From: Chiloscyllium plagiosum
Taxonomy: Eukaryota
Assembly (NCBI RefSeq): GCF_004010195.1
Contig: NC_057736.1
Coordinates: 15,808,338 to 15,872,337 of the forward strand
Length of the DNA: 64,000 nt
Direction of reading: 5' to 3'
Shown here: positions 62,932 through 64,000 of the stretch, in pieces
Position numbering within the stretch: the first letter of the stretch is position 1
Layout: each line of letters opens with the position of its first letter
Made by a program: the position numbers and the translations under genes
Notes under the pieces: model-generated
Database searches by the model: none
What the model was told of the DNA's origin: nothing
What the model saw: the letters and a program-made list of their open reading frames with translations, nothing else

Positions 62932-63326
62932 TGTTGGAGCATGGGAGGTTGAGATGCAACCTGATAGAAATTTATAAAATAATGAGAGGTATAGATAGGG
63001 TTAATGGTAGTTGTCTTTTCTCTAGGATTGAGGGATTTCAAATTAAGGAGCACATTTTTAAGGTGTGAGGAGAGAGATTTAAAAAAGATATGAGAGGCAA
63101 ATCTTTTACACTGAGCGTGGTTCACATGTGGAATGAGCTTCCTGAGGAAATGGTGGATGTGGCTACAATTATAATGTTTTTTAAAACTTCTGGATAGATA
63201 CATGGACAGGAAAGTTTGGAGGGATTATGGACCAGGAGCAGGCAAATGGGATTAGTTTAGTTTGGGATTATGTTTGGTATGGACAGGTTGGAGGGAAGGG
63301 TGTGTTTCTGTGGTGTATGACTCTAT
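62932..63326 (+). mobile_element. CR1 LINE 3' fragment
   Basis: TTGGAGCATGGGAGGTTGAG..ATAGATAGGG..TGGAATGAGCTTCCTGAGGAA..TATGACTCTATG. Confidence 0.85.
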
Positions 63327-63459
63327 GCCAGCCAGCTGGGAGTGTCTGACTTTTGGCTTCCAGCTACACTTGACAATTTTTTTTCTGGCTTCAGCAATAT
63401 GGCTGGCAGCATTCATCCACTATCTATGTAAGCATATCTCATCCAGTAGGTACCTTTTT

Positions 63460-64000
63460 TATTCACTCATGGAATGTGGGCATCGCTGGCCAGGCCAGGA
63501 TTTACTGCCCATCTGTATTTGCCCTTACCAAGGTGGTAGTGAGCTCCTTCTTGAACTGCTGCAGTGCTATAAGTAGACCCACAATGCTCTGAGGGAGGGA
63601 ATTCCAGCAACACTGAATGAATGGCAATATATTTCCAAGTCAGGATGGTGACTGGCTTGAAGGGAATTTGCAGGTGTCCCCAGGTAACTGCTGCCTTCGT
63701 CCTTCGAGATGGAAGTGGTCATGGACTTGGCAGTTGCTGTCAAAGGATATTTCATGAATTTCTGTAGTCCATCTTGTAGACGGTACCGTGGCACTATTGA
63801 GCACGGGTGGTGGAGGGAGTGGATGTTTATAAATGTGGTGCCAGTCAAAAGGTCTACTTTATCCTAGATGATGTCAAGCTTCTTGAGTGTTTTTGGAGCT
63901 GCACCTATTCAGCTATATGGGCAATATTCCATCACACTCCTAACTTGTAGATTGTGGACAGGCTTTGGGGAGTCAGGAGGTGAGTTATTTGCGGTAGGAT
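63460..64000 (-). mobile_element. Old LINE 3' fragment (same family as 60400-61348)
   Basis: ATTCACTCATGGAATGTGGGCATCGCTGGC..ATATATTTCCAAGTCAGGATGGTG..TCAAGCTTCTTGAGTG. Confidence 0.75.

Noticed and set aside
48357-64000. Next PRDM1-type exon (..EYIPKGTRFGP..YFWR)
   Set aside because: No matching codons found by eye; the gap lies within a TSD-bounded PLE, so the exon is probably beyond the window

Overview
Eukaryotic, repeat-dominated genomic DNA, most likely from a shark or other elasmobranch (inferred from HE1/V-SINE-type SINEs, DeuSINE-like SINEs and the CR1 and Penelope families present). Almost every ORF in the track is a decayed retroelement fragment or noise. One host exon is recognisable: 48125-48356 (+), coding from 48186, which encodes the N-terminal pre-PR segment of a PRDM1/Blimp-1-subfamily protein. 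It may be the ZNF683/Hobit paralogue, and I did not find the next exon in the window. The most interesting non-genic signal is a set of a dozen or more Penelope-like element (PLE) 3'-end insertions from at least three families. They carry minimal hammerhead-ribozyme motifs, 6-16 bp target-site duplications (TSDs), recurrent breakpoints at the ribozyme, and spacer-less palindromes centred just upstream of the ribozyme core. An assembly gap lies at 57996-58677. Repeat boundaries were read by eye and are approximate unless a TSD is given.
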